64,000 bases of DNA from a virus (Duplodnaviria > Caudoviricetes): positions 16,616 through 80,615 of IMG/VR virus record IMGVR_UViG_3300021400_000143. The stretch is one strand, 5' to 3'. This document shows positions 1 to 9,500 of this stretch, in pieces. Position numbers and translations under genes: made by a program. The notes under the pieces were generated by a model. That model saw only the letters and a program-made list of their open reading frames with translations, did no database searches and was not told the DNA's origin. Within the stretch, counting starts at the first letter, position 1. Each line of letters starts with the position of its first letter.

Positions 1-5
1 GCTAA

Positions 6-1388
6 TTACCACACCTCTTCATTCTTCATGATTTCGATGCAAGCCTTCATCGCCTTTGCCCAGCGATTCTGCTTGTGTTCAAGGTGAGTGTAAAGGATGT
101 TTGTTTCATCCACCTCCTTCTCCTGCAATACAGAGCCACGGAGCAAGTGAGCGTCATTGTTCTTGACACATTCCTGCAACTGAGCAAGGTCTGCAATCTG
201 ACGATAGCTGCAAAGCTGTAAGATTTGTGTTTCACGTGCCGCCTTGCGCAAATCGTGTGCGAACTCAACGATTTCCTTGTCACCGTTAGCGAGCTGCAAC
301 TCGATACGCTCGTCATACGTACACAACTCGAAGAAGAATCTATTCTTGAAACTGGTGTCCTGCATCTGACGTGCGGTGTACGCCAAGGTCGCACCTGTCA
401 TTCTGGTGTTACCTGCTGCCACAACCCTAAAATTAGGGTGTGCCTCGACATTGCCAATTACTGGGAAATCGAATCTCTTATTAGCGACCGCATTGTTCAT
501 AACCACGAGTGCTTCTGGCGCACTTGCATCCACTTCATCCAAGAAGAACAAACCACCATAGAAGAAAGCCTTATAAAATGCTGTTGGCACGAACTTGCCA
601 GCCGCGTCGCCATAGCCTTTCAGCTCATGTGCGAACATGGCTTGGCTTGTTTCGTAATAGTCAAGACCGAGAGCTTCTGCAATCTGCTTTGCTTCATAGC
701 TCTTGCCGCAACCAGCAGGACCATAGAGATACAACGGCTTGCCTGCGTTGACAAGGTTGCAATGTACCTCGAAATCCTTGCTTACAGTGCCCTTGATTAC
801 GTTTGCAGCAGTTGGTGTCTTCACAACGAACTCGATGCGGTGCACCTTGTCCGCGATACGTTCAACTTCTTTCTGAATGAGTTTATTCAACTCTTCACGG
901 TCGATAGGCTGCGCTGGTGCGTTGACCTGCAAACCCTTCAATGCGTTTGCAATAGCTTGCGCTGTTGCATCAATGTTCGTGGATGGCTCAGCTACCTTTG
1001 CGCTCTTCTTCGTTGGTGCTGCCGTTGGTGTTGGTTCGCTCACGATTGGCTCTGGCTCTACTGTTGCCGTTGCAGGCTCGATAGGCTCGCTTACAGGCTC
1101 TGTAACAGGCTCGATTGGCTCTGCTGGTGTTGGTGTAGGTTCTGACAACTTTGCTGTGCGTGGTGTGCGTGGCTTGCGAGAAGTGTCAAGCACCCAACCA
1201 TCACGGAGGCAGTGGGTGTCCCTGCCATCCTCCGACTTGCCAAGTGGCAAAACCATAGGATATGAATTATAAAACCTCGTACCCTTGTTTGGGCGACGTG
1301 CTTCGCTCACGATTGTGCCGTTTTCTACTGTTACATTGAGTACGTTGATAATCTCGTTCGTCTGAATGTTTCTAACCTTAATAGCCAT
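6..1388 (-). CDS. CobS/MoxR-like AAA+ ATPase with N-terminal extension and Pro/Glu/Thr linker
   Basis: Walker A YGPAGCGKS, Walker B FFLDEVD, FRVVAAGN, FKNRF Arg-finger region. Confidence 0.8.
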   Translation of the reverse strand: MAIKVRNIQTNEIINVLNVTVENGTIVSEARRPNKGTRFYNSYPMVLPLGKSEDGRDTHCLRDGWVLDTSRKPRTPRTAKLSEPTPTPAEPIEPVTEPVSEPIEPATATVEPEPIVSEPTPTAAPTKKSAKVAEPSTNIDATAQAIANALKGLQVNAPAQPIDREELNKLIQKEVERIADKVHRIEFVVKTPTAANVIKGTVSKDFEVHCNLVNAGKPLYLYGPAGCGKSYEAKQIAEALGLDYYETSQAMFAHELKGYGDAAGKFVPTAFYKAFFYGGLFFLDEVDASAPEALVVMNNAVANKRFDFPVIGNVEAHPNFRVVAAGNTRMTGATLAYTARQMQDTSFKNRFFFELCTYDERIELQLANGDKEIVEFAHDLRKAARETQILQLCSYRQIADLAQLQECVKNNDAHLLRGSVLQEKEVDETNILYTHLEHKQNRWAKAMKACIEIMKNEEVW

Positions 1389-1466
1389 AATTCTTTTTGT
1401 TTTTGTTGTTGTTAATGTTGTGAATTGTTTCTTGTTGGCTGCTTTGTGTAACGCGCAGTCGTGCGT

Positions 1467-1637
1467 TTACACCATTCTATCAAAATTGATGTCTTCAATA
1501 TCGTCCTCTGGAAATTCACCAGATGCTGCCAAATGCTCGCAAGCATCCATGAGCGCGGAGTCCATATTGTAACCGCACCCTTCTTGCGAGAATGTAACAC
1601 CAGTAATGAGTGTCACAATGAATACGTATTTTTTCAT
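1467..1637 (-). CDS. Small acidic hypothetical protein, 56 aa (MKKYVFIVTLITG...DINFDRMV)
   Basis: Translated by hand; below the ORF-track cutoff; fills the gap between neighbours; ggagga upstream. Confidence 0.5.
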   Translation of the reverse strand: MKKYVFIVTLITGVTFSQEGCGYNMDSALMDACEHLAASGEFPEDDIEDINFDRMV

Positions 1638-1721
1638 TTTTCAGTCCTCCATAAATAAGCGATGCACAAAAGCTGCGCACCGCACAAAGTTAATCCTACT
1701 AACATATACGACCCTCCTGCT

Positions 1722-1940
1722 TTAGTATTCAAGGATGCACTGCTTCGTGCGCTCGTTGATGAAACGCACCTTCTTAATCTGGTCATAATTGATTACACGA
1801 CCTGCATAGCTATCCCAAGACTCGATGCCGCACTTGACAGCTTTGCGAAACTCGCTCACGAAATGAGCCATCTCTCGGTCGTTGATGCGCAAAATCTTTG
1901 TTGCGCCAGACTTCATTGTTGCGATTGTTTTGATTGTCAT
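1722..1940 (-). CDS. Hypothetical protein, 72 aa (MTIKTIATMKSG...)
   Basis: 3' part of track ORF 1722..2009; ATG at 1940 follows an A/C-rich leader. Confidence 0.55.
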   Translation of the reverse strand: MTIKTIATMKSGATKILRINDREMAHFVSEFRKAVKCGIESWDSYAGRVINYDQIKKVRFINERTKQCILEY

Positions 1941-2342
1941 TGTTGTTGAATTGTTATTGTTAATACTTATGTTTCGAGGGTTGGCGGCGTGTTGATAGTG
2001 TTTGCACACCTGCCCTGCTTAAAAGTTAATTTGTTGCGTGTGCCGTGCCCGACACCTATTTCAACTGGTTGCATCCCTTTGCCTCCTCAACGGTACATTT
2101 CGAGAAGTATTTTCATAACTTTGCAGCCAGAACACACGCAAAATATATGGATGGTCGACAAATGCCGACCGCGTTTCGTTTCGTTTGAGCTAACGTGTAT
2201 TTGCTTTTTATGTGCAGATGCTTTGTGCATGTGCTTTATTAAGCAAATGACCCTGTGTATCTTTTTCCCCACATCTCACGGAACACTTTGCAAAATTCAT
2301 TTGCTTTGTGTTTGAATTTGAAATATCAGCTATTATTTGCCA

Positions 2343-2350
2343 CAAAGATA
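2343..2350 (-). promoter_or_regulatory. Bacteroidetes-type -7 box TATCTTTG flanked by the inverted repeat ATTATTTGC/GCAAATAAT
   Basis: Matches TAnnTTTG; no properly spaced -33 TTTG. Confidence 0.4.
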
Positions 2351-2389
2351 GTCAACCAGCAAATAATTACGCCGACCGTGTTTTCCTCA

Positions 2390-2824
2390 CGCCCTGTTTA
2401 CACCTTTGCGGCTGCATCCCTTATCATTAAAATACTCGCATGTGTGAAATCTTCACTTACAACTTACAATGCACGCCCTTATTGTCGTTTGCTTTCTTAT
2501 TGCCGCAAAAACGTAAATTTACGCCCTGTTTGTTTTGTTCCAACATGCCAAACAAAACCGAAGTTTTGCGAGTGTTTCACTCTAAATTTACGCCGTTTGC
2601 GTACTAAATAAAGAATTTAAGGTCGCGCGCCCTTTGCGCCTTATTGCTACCTTATTTTCGCGCCCTTTGCGCTATCCTTACCTTTCCGCGCCCTTTGTGC
2701 CCTATTTGGGCAAAGGTACATTTTAACGCCTTAAAACGCCCTTTGTTAGTGGGTGCAAAAGTTTTTGCAACCTATGCCAGCCGCGCGTTATTCACATAAT
2801 AACGGCTACATTTTGCACCCTTTG
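2390..2824. repeat. Non-coding array of CGCCCTTTG-like direct repeats
   Basis: Exact copies at 2628, 2661, 2689, 2737; variants at 2390, 2474, 2522, 2591, 2816. Confidence 0.75.
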
Positions 2825-2838
2825 CGCGTGTTACTCGC

Positions 2839-3492
2839 TTACTTTGTGCCCTTAATTAGCGCATACTTTGCGAGTACTTCGTTACGTGTGAATGTGTTTG
2901 CAAATTCACCAAATACGGCACTAACTGCTGCAAAAGCTTTGTTATAAATCTTTTCATCCTTAGCAGCTTTCTTTTCATCCTTTGCAGCCTGTTTTTCCGC
3001 TTTTTCACTTGCAACCAGTGTCACCTTTGCAACCTTTGCGAAAGCTGCAAAATATGCGCTAATAGTGCAGGCAATAGGTGTGAAAATTACATTGTTTCCG
3101 TTTTCATCTTTGCACACTTCGCGCCCTTTGTTATCAACTGCAACGGCAGCAGATACGCCGCAAATATCCATGTAGTCGGTGTGTGTGACACACTCATTTT
3201 TAAGTGTTTGCATAGTGCAAAATCTACCAGCATAGTCCTTCACGAACAAATCCAAGTTAAAAGCATAGCGACCAGTGTGCAAGGACTTCACTACCTTTGC
3301 AACCGCTGCAATGTTTTCACGCAGTAAGTTGTCGCAGTTTTCAATCTTCGAAAAGTCACCCTTTGCAGCTTTATTCAGCTGATTTACGATAACAAACGGA
3401 CTGGTGAAAATACCCTTAACTTCGTTTTTTGCATTCTTGAAAGTGGTGTTAAATTCTTTTGCACTCACTTTTGAAAAATTCTTTGTTGCCAT
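2839..3492 (-). CDS. Hypothetical protein, 217 aa, Ala/Lys-rich C-terminus
   Basis: Long ORF with an AT-rich start and a -7 box upstream. Confidence 0.75.
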   Translation of the reverse strand: MATKNFSKVSAKEFNTTFKNAKNEVKGIFTSPFVIVNQLNKAAKGDFSKIENCDNLLRENIAAVAKVVKSLHTGRYAFNLDLFVKDYAGRFCTMQTLKNECVTHTDYMDICGVSAAVAVDNKGREVCKDENGNNVIFTPIACTISAYFAAFAKVAKVTLVASEKAEKQAAKDEKKAAKDEKIYNKAFAAVSAVFGEFANTFTRNEVLAKYALIKGTK

Positions 3493-3499
3493 AATGTTT

Positions 3500-4380
3500 G
3501 AATGTTTTTAAATTGTTAATACTATATTTTATTAAATGTTTTAATAAGTTAATCAATCAGCACATTTTCAAAATCACGATGCAAAGGTAGTGAAAATTTA
3601 GTTATTATATGATATATTTAAAAAAAAGTGAGTTTTTTTTGAAATATATTTGTTTTTAGTGACAAAATACCCTATTTTGTAAAGTAGAGATTGCAATTTA
3701 ACATTTTTATACATTTTTCTATGTTATTTATTTCTTATTTTGTGTATTAAATTACATATTTTTACACAAATTGCACAGTTTTGCTCTTTTTGTGCAGATT
3801 TTAAATAACATCTATTTATTTAGTGTTTTATTTACACTATCTTTTATTATATATAAGGTATATTATAAAAGTTATAACTATAAATAAAAATAGTTATAAC
3901 ATAATATATATATTTTATTACTTAATTACTTAATTAGTTATATTATTATCTATTATTGTCTATATTGTAATATTAGTTATATATATTTTTTATATGCTTA
4001 TAACTTAATAATATTTAGTTATTAGTTATATGTGCAAATATACGTATAAATCAAAAAGTAGTGTAAAGATGAAAAATGAATAAAAGAGTCGTTTTTGTTA
4101 GTACGTGAAAAGATGAATAAACAAGCTATAAATAAATGTGTTTTTTTTGTTATTTTTTGGGCTGTTTTTGTTATGTATTTTTAGATGTTCATTTGTGAAA
4201 ATATAAAACGCATAAAAGCGACCCAAAAAGCGCAAAACGCTGGAGGCGGGGGGGGAGTAAAGCCCGAAAGCGGTTATATGGTGCAAACGACTCATTTTTA
4301 AAAAAATAAAATTTAAAAAAACGAAATTTTCAAAAAAGAGAAAATTTAAAAATCAAAAAAAAATAAAAAATCGAAAAAAG
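3500..4380. other. Extremely AT-rich non-coding gap with a G8 island (4248-4255) followed by A-tracts; candidate packaging site, terminus or origin
   Basis: Only 7 G+C in 3841-3900; no credible ORF; separates divergent genes. Confidence 0.5.
3582..3589 (-). promoter_or_regulatory. -7 box TACCTTTG(CA) upstream of the leftward operon
   Basis: TAnnTTTG about 90 nt upstream of the 3492 start; -33 box not seen. Confidence 0.5.
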
Positions 4381-4411
4381 TTTGTAGATGGTAAAAAAGT
4401 TTTTATATTTG
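4381..4411 (+). promoter_or_regulatory. Bacteroidetes sigma-A-type promoter TTTG-N19-TATATTTG
   Basis: Both boxes at consensus spacing, 30 nt before ATG 4442. Confidence 0.75.
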
Positions 4412-4441
4412 CATAGAATTTGAAACGTTATTAAATCAGTT

Positions 4442-4831
4442 ATGGAAATAGTATTAAGTTTAGAGCGTCTGTTGCAAGACGAGAGTTTTAGGACTAAGTC
4501 GGGTGATGTAAAGGTACGTCATTCGTTTGTTGGTAAGACGCAGGGTCAGTATCCTCGTTTAGTCAAGGTAGATATATTCAATGATACTGTATGGCAGGGT
4601 GTGTCTTGGAAAGTTGGTGAAACTTACGATGTCAGTTTAGATGCTGATAGTAGGGAGTACAATGGTCGTTGGTACACGTCTTTGACTGCTTGGAGGGTTG
4701 GTTTGCATAATAGCCAGAATAGTCAGAGTGGTGGTTATGCTAATAATGGCAATAATAGTCAGCAATCTTCCGCACAGGTGTCTCAACCTTCTTCTGGTGG
4801 TGGTAGTAGTGATGAAAATGTACCGTTTTGA
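4442..4831 (+). CDS. DUF3127-like OB-fold ssDNA-binding protein
   Basis: SREYNGRWYTSLTAWRV signature, S/Q/N/G linker, acidic tail DENVPF. Confidence 0.8.
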   Translation: MEIVLSLERLLQDESFRTKSGDVKVRHSFVGKTQGQYPRLVKVDIFNDTVWQGVSWKVGETYDVSLDADSREYNGRWYTSLTAWRVGLHNSQNSQSGGYANNGNNSQQSSAQVSQPSSGGGSSDENVPF

Positions 4832-4847
4832 TTGAATTGTTAAATTT

Positions 4848-4919
4848 GCGTTTTAAGGTGTGTTTAATCTTTGGGTGGTACAAGTTACCACAAATGCAGT
4901 TAAATTGCCTTAGAAACGC
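4848..4919 (+). repeat. Dispersed ~70-nt structured element, copy 1
   Basis: GCGTTTTAAG...GTGGTACAAGTTACCAC...CTTAGAAACGC; aligns with 40047-40115 and 52459-52528. Confidence 0.75.
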
Positions 4920-4935
4920 TAAAAAGTGGCAAATT

Positions 4936-5337
4936 ATGGCTGATTTCACTTTAGTGGGGTTTATAAGGGCTATAAAATACATGGATGATTCGGTTTTGGT
5001 GTTCATAGATGAATACAAAAACGGTTATAAGAAGTCGAATGGTGAGTATGTTCAAGACAGGTATATTTCTTGGAGATGTATATTTAAGTCATATTTCAAG
5101 GGTTATATAAGCAAGCATTTTGGTAACAGGATGCTGGTTCAAGTCAAGGGAGAGGTATTTCCTTATGCGATAGAGCATGACAAGATGGTTGAGGGTGTTT
5201 CTGTTATAGGTCAGACGATAAATGTTTTCTCTTATCCGAGGGCGTCTGCGAGCAGGGAGTTAAAAGCCATAAGAGATAGTCAGTTTCATGTTGATGGAAC
5301 TCCAGATTTAGATGATTTTAAAGAAGAGGATTTTTAG
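4936..5337 (+). CDS. SSB-like OB-fold protein with acidic tail
   Basis: SSB-like pattern (FTLVG...GE...W.C.F...VQVKGEV), tail DLDDFKEEDF; ATG 4936 preferred over TTG 4828. Confidence 0.6.
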   Translation: MADFTLVGFIRAIKYMDDSVLVFIDEYKNGYKKSNGEYVQDRYISWRCIFKSYFKGYISKHFGNRMLVQVKGEVFPYAIEHDKMVEGVSVIGQTINVFSYPRASASRELKAIRDSQFHVDGTPDLDDFKEEDF

Positions 5338-5402
5338 TAATTTACGTTTCATTTCATGTTGATTTAGTTAAAAGTTAGTTAGTTGGTTAGTATTTATTGA
5401 CT

Positions 5403-5449
5403 AAAAAGCGGTATCGAATCTGTGATAGACTTGATACCGCGATTTTTTT
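5403..5449. terminator. Bidirectional intrinsic terminator between convergent genes
   Basis: GCGGTATC (5408-5415) / GATACCGC (5433-5440) stem, A-run before and T-run after. Confidence 0.75.
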
Positions 5450-5473
5450 GTGTTTGATGTGTTTGTGTTGTGG

Positions 5474-5959
5474 CTATTCCACTGGTCTAAGTGTATGCAA
5501 AGTTGCTGTTGCGAGGATATACGAGTTTATTCCTCTGTGTAGGTCTTCTGTTGTTGGTTCAAATCCTTTCAGACAAGTAACGTATGCAGATTTGTTTGTG
5601 TAAGCTGATTTGATATAGAATCCTCCGTTGTTGCATATAAATGCTTTGAAAGCGTCGTATGCTTCTTGTGTGTCTATGTTATTATTGGCTGAATAGCGAG
5701 TGCCAGCGATGAACGTGAGAGACAAGTCAACGTTTTGTCTTATCACAACATCGTTGTTTTGGTTGTCTTGTGTTGTAACCATCATGTCTTCCACGTTGCT
5801 GTCAATCCACTGTTGTGTAAAGATGTTCACAGCGTCTCCTACGGCGTTCATACCGCTTACTTTGAGTATTTTGATACCGTCGAACTTTGTCGTCACATCT
5901 TCCCACTGTGCTTCTTCGCTTAGTCTCACGAAGTATTTGTTTTTTAGCTCTGTGTTCAT
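5474..5959 (-). CDS. Putative distal tail protein
   Basis: Last gene of the tail operon, beta-rich 161 aa; assigned mainly by position. Confidence 0.45.
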   Translation of the reverse strand: MNTELKNKYFVRLSEEAQWEDVTTKFDGIKILKVSGMNAVGDAVNIFTQQWIDSNVEDMMVTTQDNQNNDVVIRQNVDLSLTFIAGTRYSANNNIDTQEAYDAFKAFICNNGGFYIKSAYTNKSAYVTCLKGFEPTTEDLHRGINSYILATATLHTLRPVE

Positions 5960-6543
5960 AGTTTGAGTTGTTTGTCGAATGATTTGATATTATTGCTTAG
6001 GCAGAATTTGCCGAGATTTACAATAGATTCCTTGCTATATCTGAATACGATAGCGGAACTCTCTGTGTCAACATCTTCAAATACAACCTTTGATTTGTCA
6101 AAGAGGTAGATGTGTGGATGATTATAACCTTCGCAAACGATATGCACTTGACTGTTGTTGCTGATATAGATAACAGGTGACTTTGTTTGTGGTATGATGA
6201 TTCTAAGATTATCGCACCACATAACATGAATAACATCTTTGTCAAGTATTATGTCGTTGTCGTAGTTATAACCAGCATACAAGCCGTATGTGTAGCCATT
6301 CACGTTGTCTGCATCACGTATTGTATAACCGTTGATATAATAACCAAACGTGCTGATGATATAGTCTTTTGTAAGTCCTCTACCTTCGTATGCGTATGTA
6401 GCCACGTGCGGTATTGACTGTTGTTTCATTGCGAGTTTAACAAGCTTTTCCTTGTCGTTCTTTGAAGCCTGCCAATAGCCTTTGTATTCATCGCAAAGAC
6501 CATTGAGCAGGGATTCTTTATAGTATCTATTTAATGCGTCCAT
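5956..6543 (-). CDS. Hypothetical protein downstream of the tape measure gene
   Basis: 195-aa ORF coupled to both neighbours. Confidence 0.7.
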   Translation of the reverse strand: MDALNRYYKESLLNGLCDEYKGYWQASKNDKEKLVKLAMKQQSIPHVATYAYEGRGLTKDYIISTFGYYINGYTIRDADNVNGYTYGLYAGYNYDNDIILDKDVIHVMWCDNLRIIIPQTKSPVIYISNNSQVHIVCEGYNHPHIYLFDKSKVVFEDVDTESSAIVFRYSKESIVNLGKFCLSNNIKSFDKQLKL

Positions 6544-6547
6544 ATCT

Positions 6548-9500
6548 TTAAATCATTTCTACTTTAACTGCCATGCCACTTGGGTTAGACCACCCTAATA
6601 AGATATTCTGAATAGCCATCTGAACGGCATAGGATTGCTGGAGTTGCAATAACATCTGCGCTTGAATACCCATTTGTATGTCGTTATCCATAGAAACCAC
6701 AGCGTTGCGGATTTCAGTCAATAATTGGCTGTGCAAGTACACTTGCTGGCTTACTCCGTTCATATAAGCCTCCAATGCTCCTGCTGTGTCCTCGGTTATG
6801 CCCTGAATCCCTTGTTGCAAGGCAGAGAGCTGCTTGTTTGCTTCACTTGATTGCGAGATAATGTCGAGCGCGTCGAGATTACCATAGAACTCGCCAAGTG
6901 CCGTATTGATTTGTTCTGCGGTAACACCAGCCATTTGAGCAAGTTGTCGAAGTTCGTTTATTGTTAAGGCATCACCCATTTCGCTTTCAGCACTTGTCAT
7001 TCTGTCCACTTCTTTGTAGAATGGATTCAACAAGGTTTCAACTATCTTACTCGTCATAGACTTCTTGATTAAGTTGAAGATTACCTCGTCCATCTTGTCT
7101 TGTATAGCATCAAGCGTTGTTTCTCCAGCTCTCCATGCTTCAACCCATGTGTCAACAAATTCCTCGGCGGCACTCTTTACGTCGCTACCAAGCAAGTTGT
7201 TTACGATTTCTTCTTTTGCGTCTTGGATTTCTTGCTTCAAGCTTTCAATGCTATCAAGATAGTCCTGTATGCGCTCTTTCTGCTCACGCTTATCAGAATT
7301 CTTCTTGTAGTCTTTCTGTTGTTCAAGTGCGAGCTGTCTTTCAAGTTCGGCAAGCTCTTGCTCTTTTACAGCAATAGACTCACGTTTGGCAACCGTTTCT
7401 TCCGTTCCAAGTGCTTTCTTTGCAGCGTATTCGAGTTTCTTGTAAGCCAATTCAAGTTCTTGCACTTTGAACTTGCTTTTCTCGATTTGTCTGTCAATTT
7501 TCTTGTTGTCGTTATCAAACCAAGTGCTAATTGCTTGCCATGCACCCTTGATTACGTTCACTGTGCCACCGATATAGTCACCAGAAGCAATCTGCGACAC
7601 ACCTTGTCCTGCCGTTGCAATACCCTCCATCGAAGTAGCAACATCGTTGAGTATTTCAGTCGTATCTTCATCACCACCGAGAGCGTCGAAGATTTCAGCA
7701 ACGGTGCGTACACCATCCGCTGCCTTTCGTGCTTCTTCGGCAATCAATTCAAGACCTTTCGCCCAATCTTTTTGTGTGTTCGTTCCTTTGTCACCAGTAA
7801 ACGCATTTTTGATTTTGGCAAATGCTGATTCAGACTTCCGTATCTCTTTGAAAACATTCTTGTATTCTTTGTTTAATCGCTCTGGTGTGAGTTCTACGGT
7901 AACATCACCCTCTGTAAGCGTGTACTTACCGTTGTTGTTCAAACCTCGCTTTTTCGCTTCATCAAGAACTCTTTTGTAGTTCTTTGCAAGACGATTAACA
8001 ACACCGTTACTATAATCGGTAATACTTTCAAACAACGCCTTGTAAGCAGGTAGTTCAGACAAGATTTGTTCTTTCAACTTAGAGATTGCTTGCTCTTGGT
8101 CTTGTATTTCAAGTTCAAGTAACGCTTTTTTTTCAGCGTTCTTTTCCTTTTCGGCTTGAATTTGCAAGTTTGTAAGCTTCTTTGTTTCAATGGCAATCTT
8201 TTCGTTAATATCGCCAAGCTTGTATTGTAGTTCTTGTGTTCTTTTAAGCGTGTCTTCTCTATCTTTCTTGCGGAGATTACGGATTTCTTTTGTTTGCTTT
8301 TCGATTTCCTTATAGTCTGCTTCCGTAATTAGACCTTTTGGTTTCTCTGATTCGGCTTTGTATGCTTTCAAATCATCGTCAGTAAGTTCGATTGTAGGAA
8401 GTCTAAAGTTTTTCTTTTGCTTCTCAAATGACTTGTTAAGCGCATCGGTAACTCTTGCAGCATATTCGTCAAGGTTTTGTGGTAGTTCGTTTGGGTCGAT
8501 GTCGAATATATCTGTAAAGATATTACCTAACTCTGGATTTGCATCGAGTTCTACAGCGAGTTCGTATTCATCTTTGATTTTAGAAAGTTCGTTATTTAAG
8601 CCGTCCGTAATACGCTTGTAGTCTATCTTTGTAATCTCGGTATTAAGGTTTGCAATGGCTTTTTCAAGAGCTTCTACGCCATTTGTGCTTGCTGATGCAC
8701 CACTTAATTGCTCTTTATAGAAATCACGGATTTTTTGAATTGGCATTGACGCGAGTTGAGAAGACGACAGCGTTTTAATACCATACTTTTGTAGAATGGC
8801 ATTATTACGAACAATACTTTTACCGTATTCGTTTGTAGCAAGTGTAAGTGCTTCTTGTGCGTCAACACCTGCTTGCTTGTATTCCTTGAATCTCTTTTGA
8901 ATATCGTTGATGTATTGAACCTCCTTGGAAATAGCTTCACCAAGTACATCTTTCTTTGATGTTTTTTCTTTGGTTTTCTTATTTAAAGACTCTAAGTCTG
9001 CACCAGCTTCTTTGGCAACTATTTGCGCTTTCTTAGCGGCTTCAATAGCTTTATCTAAGTCTTCTTTTAATCCAGTGCCTACATTTAGCTTTCTTCTTTG
9101 AACTTCAACCTCTTCAAGTTTATCTTTATAATCCTGTAGAGTTCGTTTTGCATACGACAATTCTGTGTCGTTTGTTTGAAAATCAAGTTTTACATCAATC
9201 TTGTTATTGTTAAACCAATCTTTCTGCCTTTTCTGCCATGCTTGCAAATCTTCCTCTGCACTTTGTTTTGACTCTTCTGATATTTCTATCGTTGTGCCAA
9301 ATTTTCTATTTAAAATTTGTCGAGCAAACTCTTTTTCAAACTGATTCCAGTTGTGCAAAGACGCTTCTTCGTTGATTGCAGCATTTAATTTAATAGTTCG
9401 TTGTTCAACAGGTATGTTGTTTATATCTACCTCTTTTGCAACACGCATTACTTGCTGTTCAAACTTTTTTGCAGCCACACCAGATGTATAGTAATAGTCT

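Noticed and set aside
2010-2300. Hammerhead or other small ribozyme (CGAAACGAAAC near 2172-2185 on minus; GTGT-GCAA-ACAC tetraloop near 2000)
   Set aside because: No matching CUGAnGA core or complete ribozyme fold was found.
2390-2824. CRISPR array
   Set aside because: Repeats are only 9-14 nt and irregularly spaced, with no 23-50 nt repeat-spacer periodicity.
2788-4040. DnaA-box-like 9-mers (TTATTCACA at 2788, TTTTACACA at 3760)
   Set aside because: Too few, and expected by chance in such AT-rich DNA.
5556-5566. T-loop-like GGTTCAAATCC
   Set aside because: It is the reverse complement of codons for GFEP in the 5474..5959 gene and has no flanking tRNA stems.
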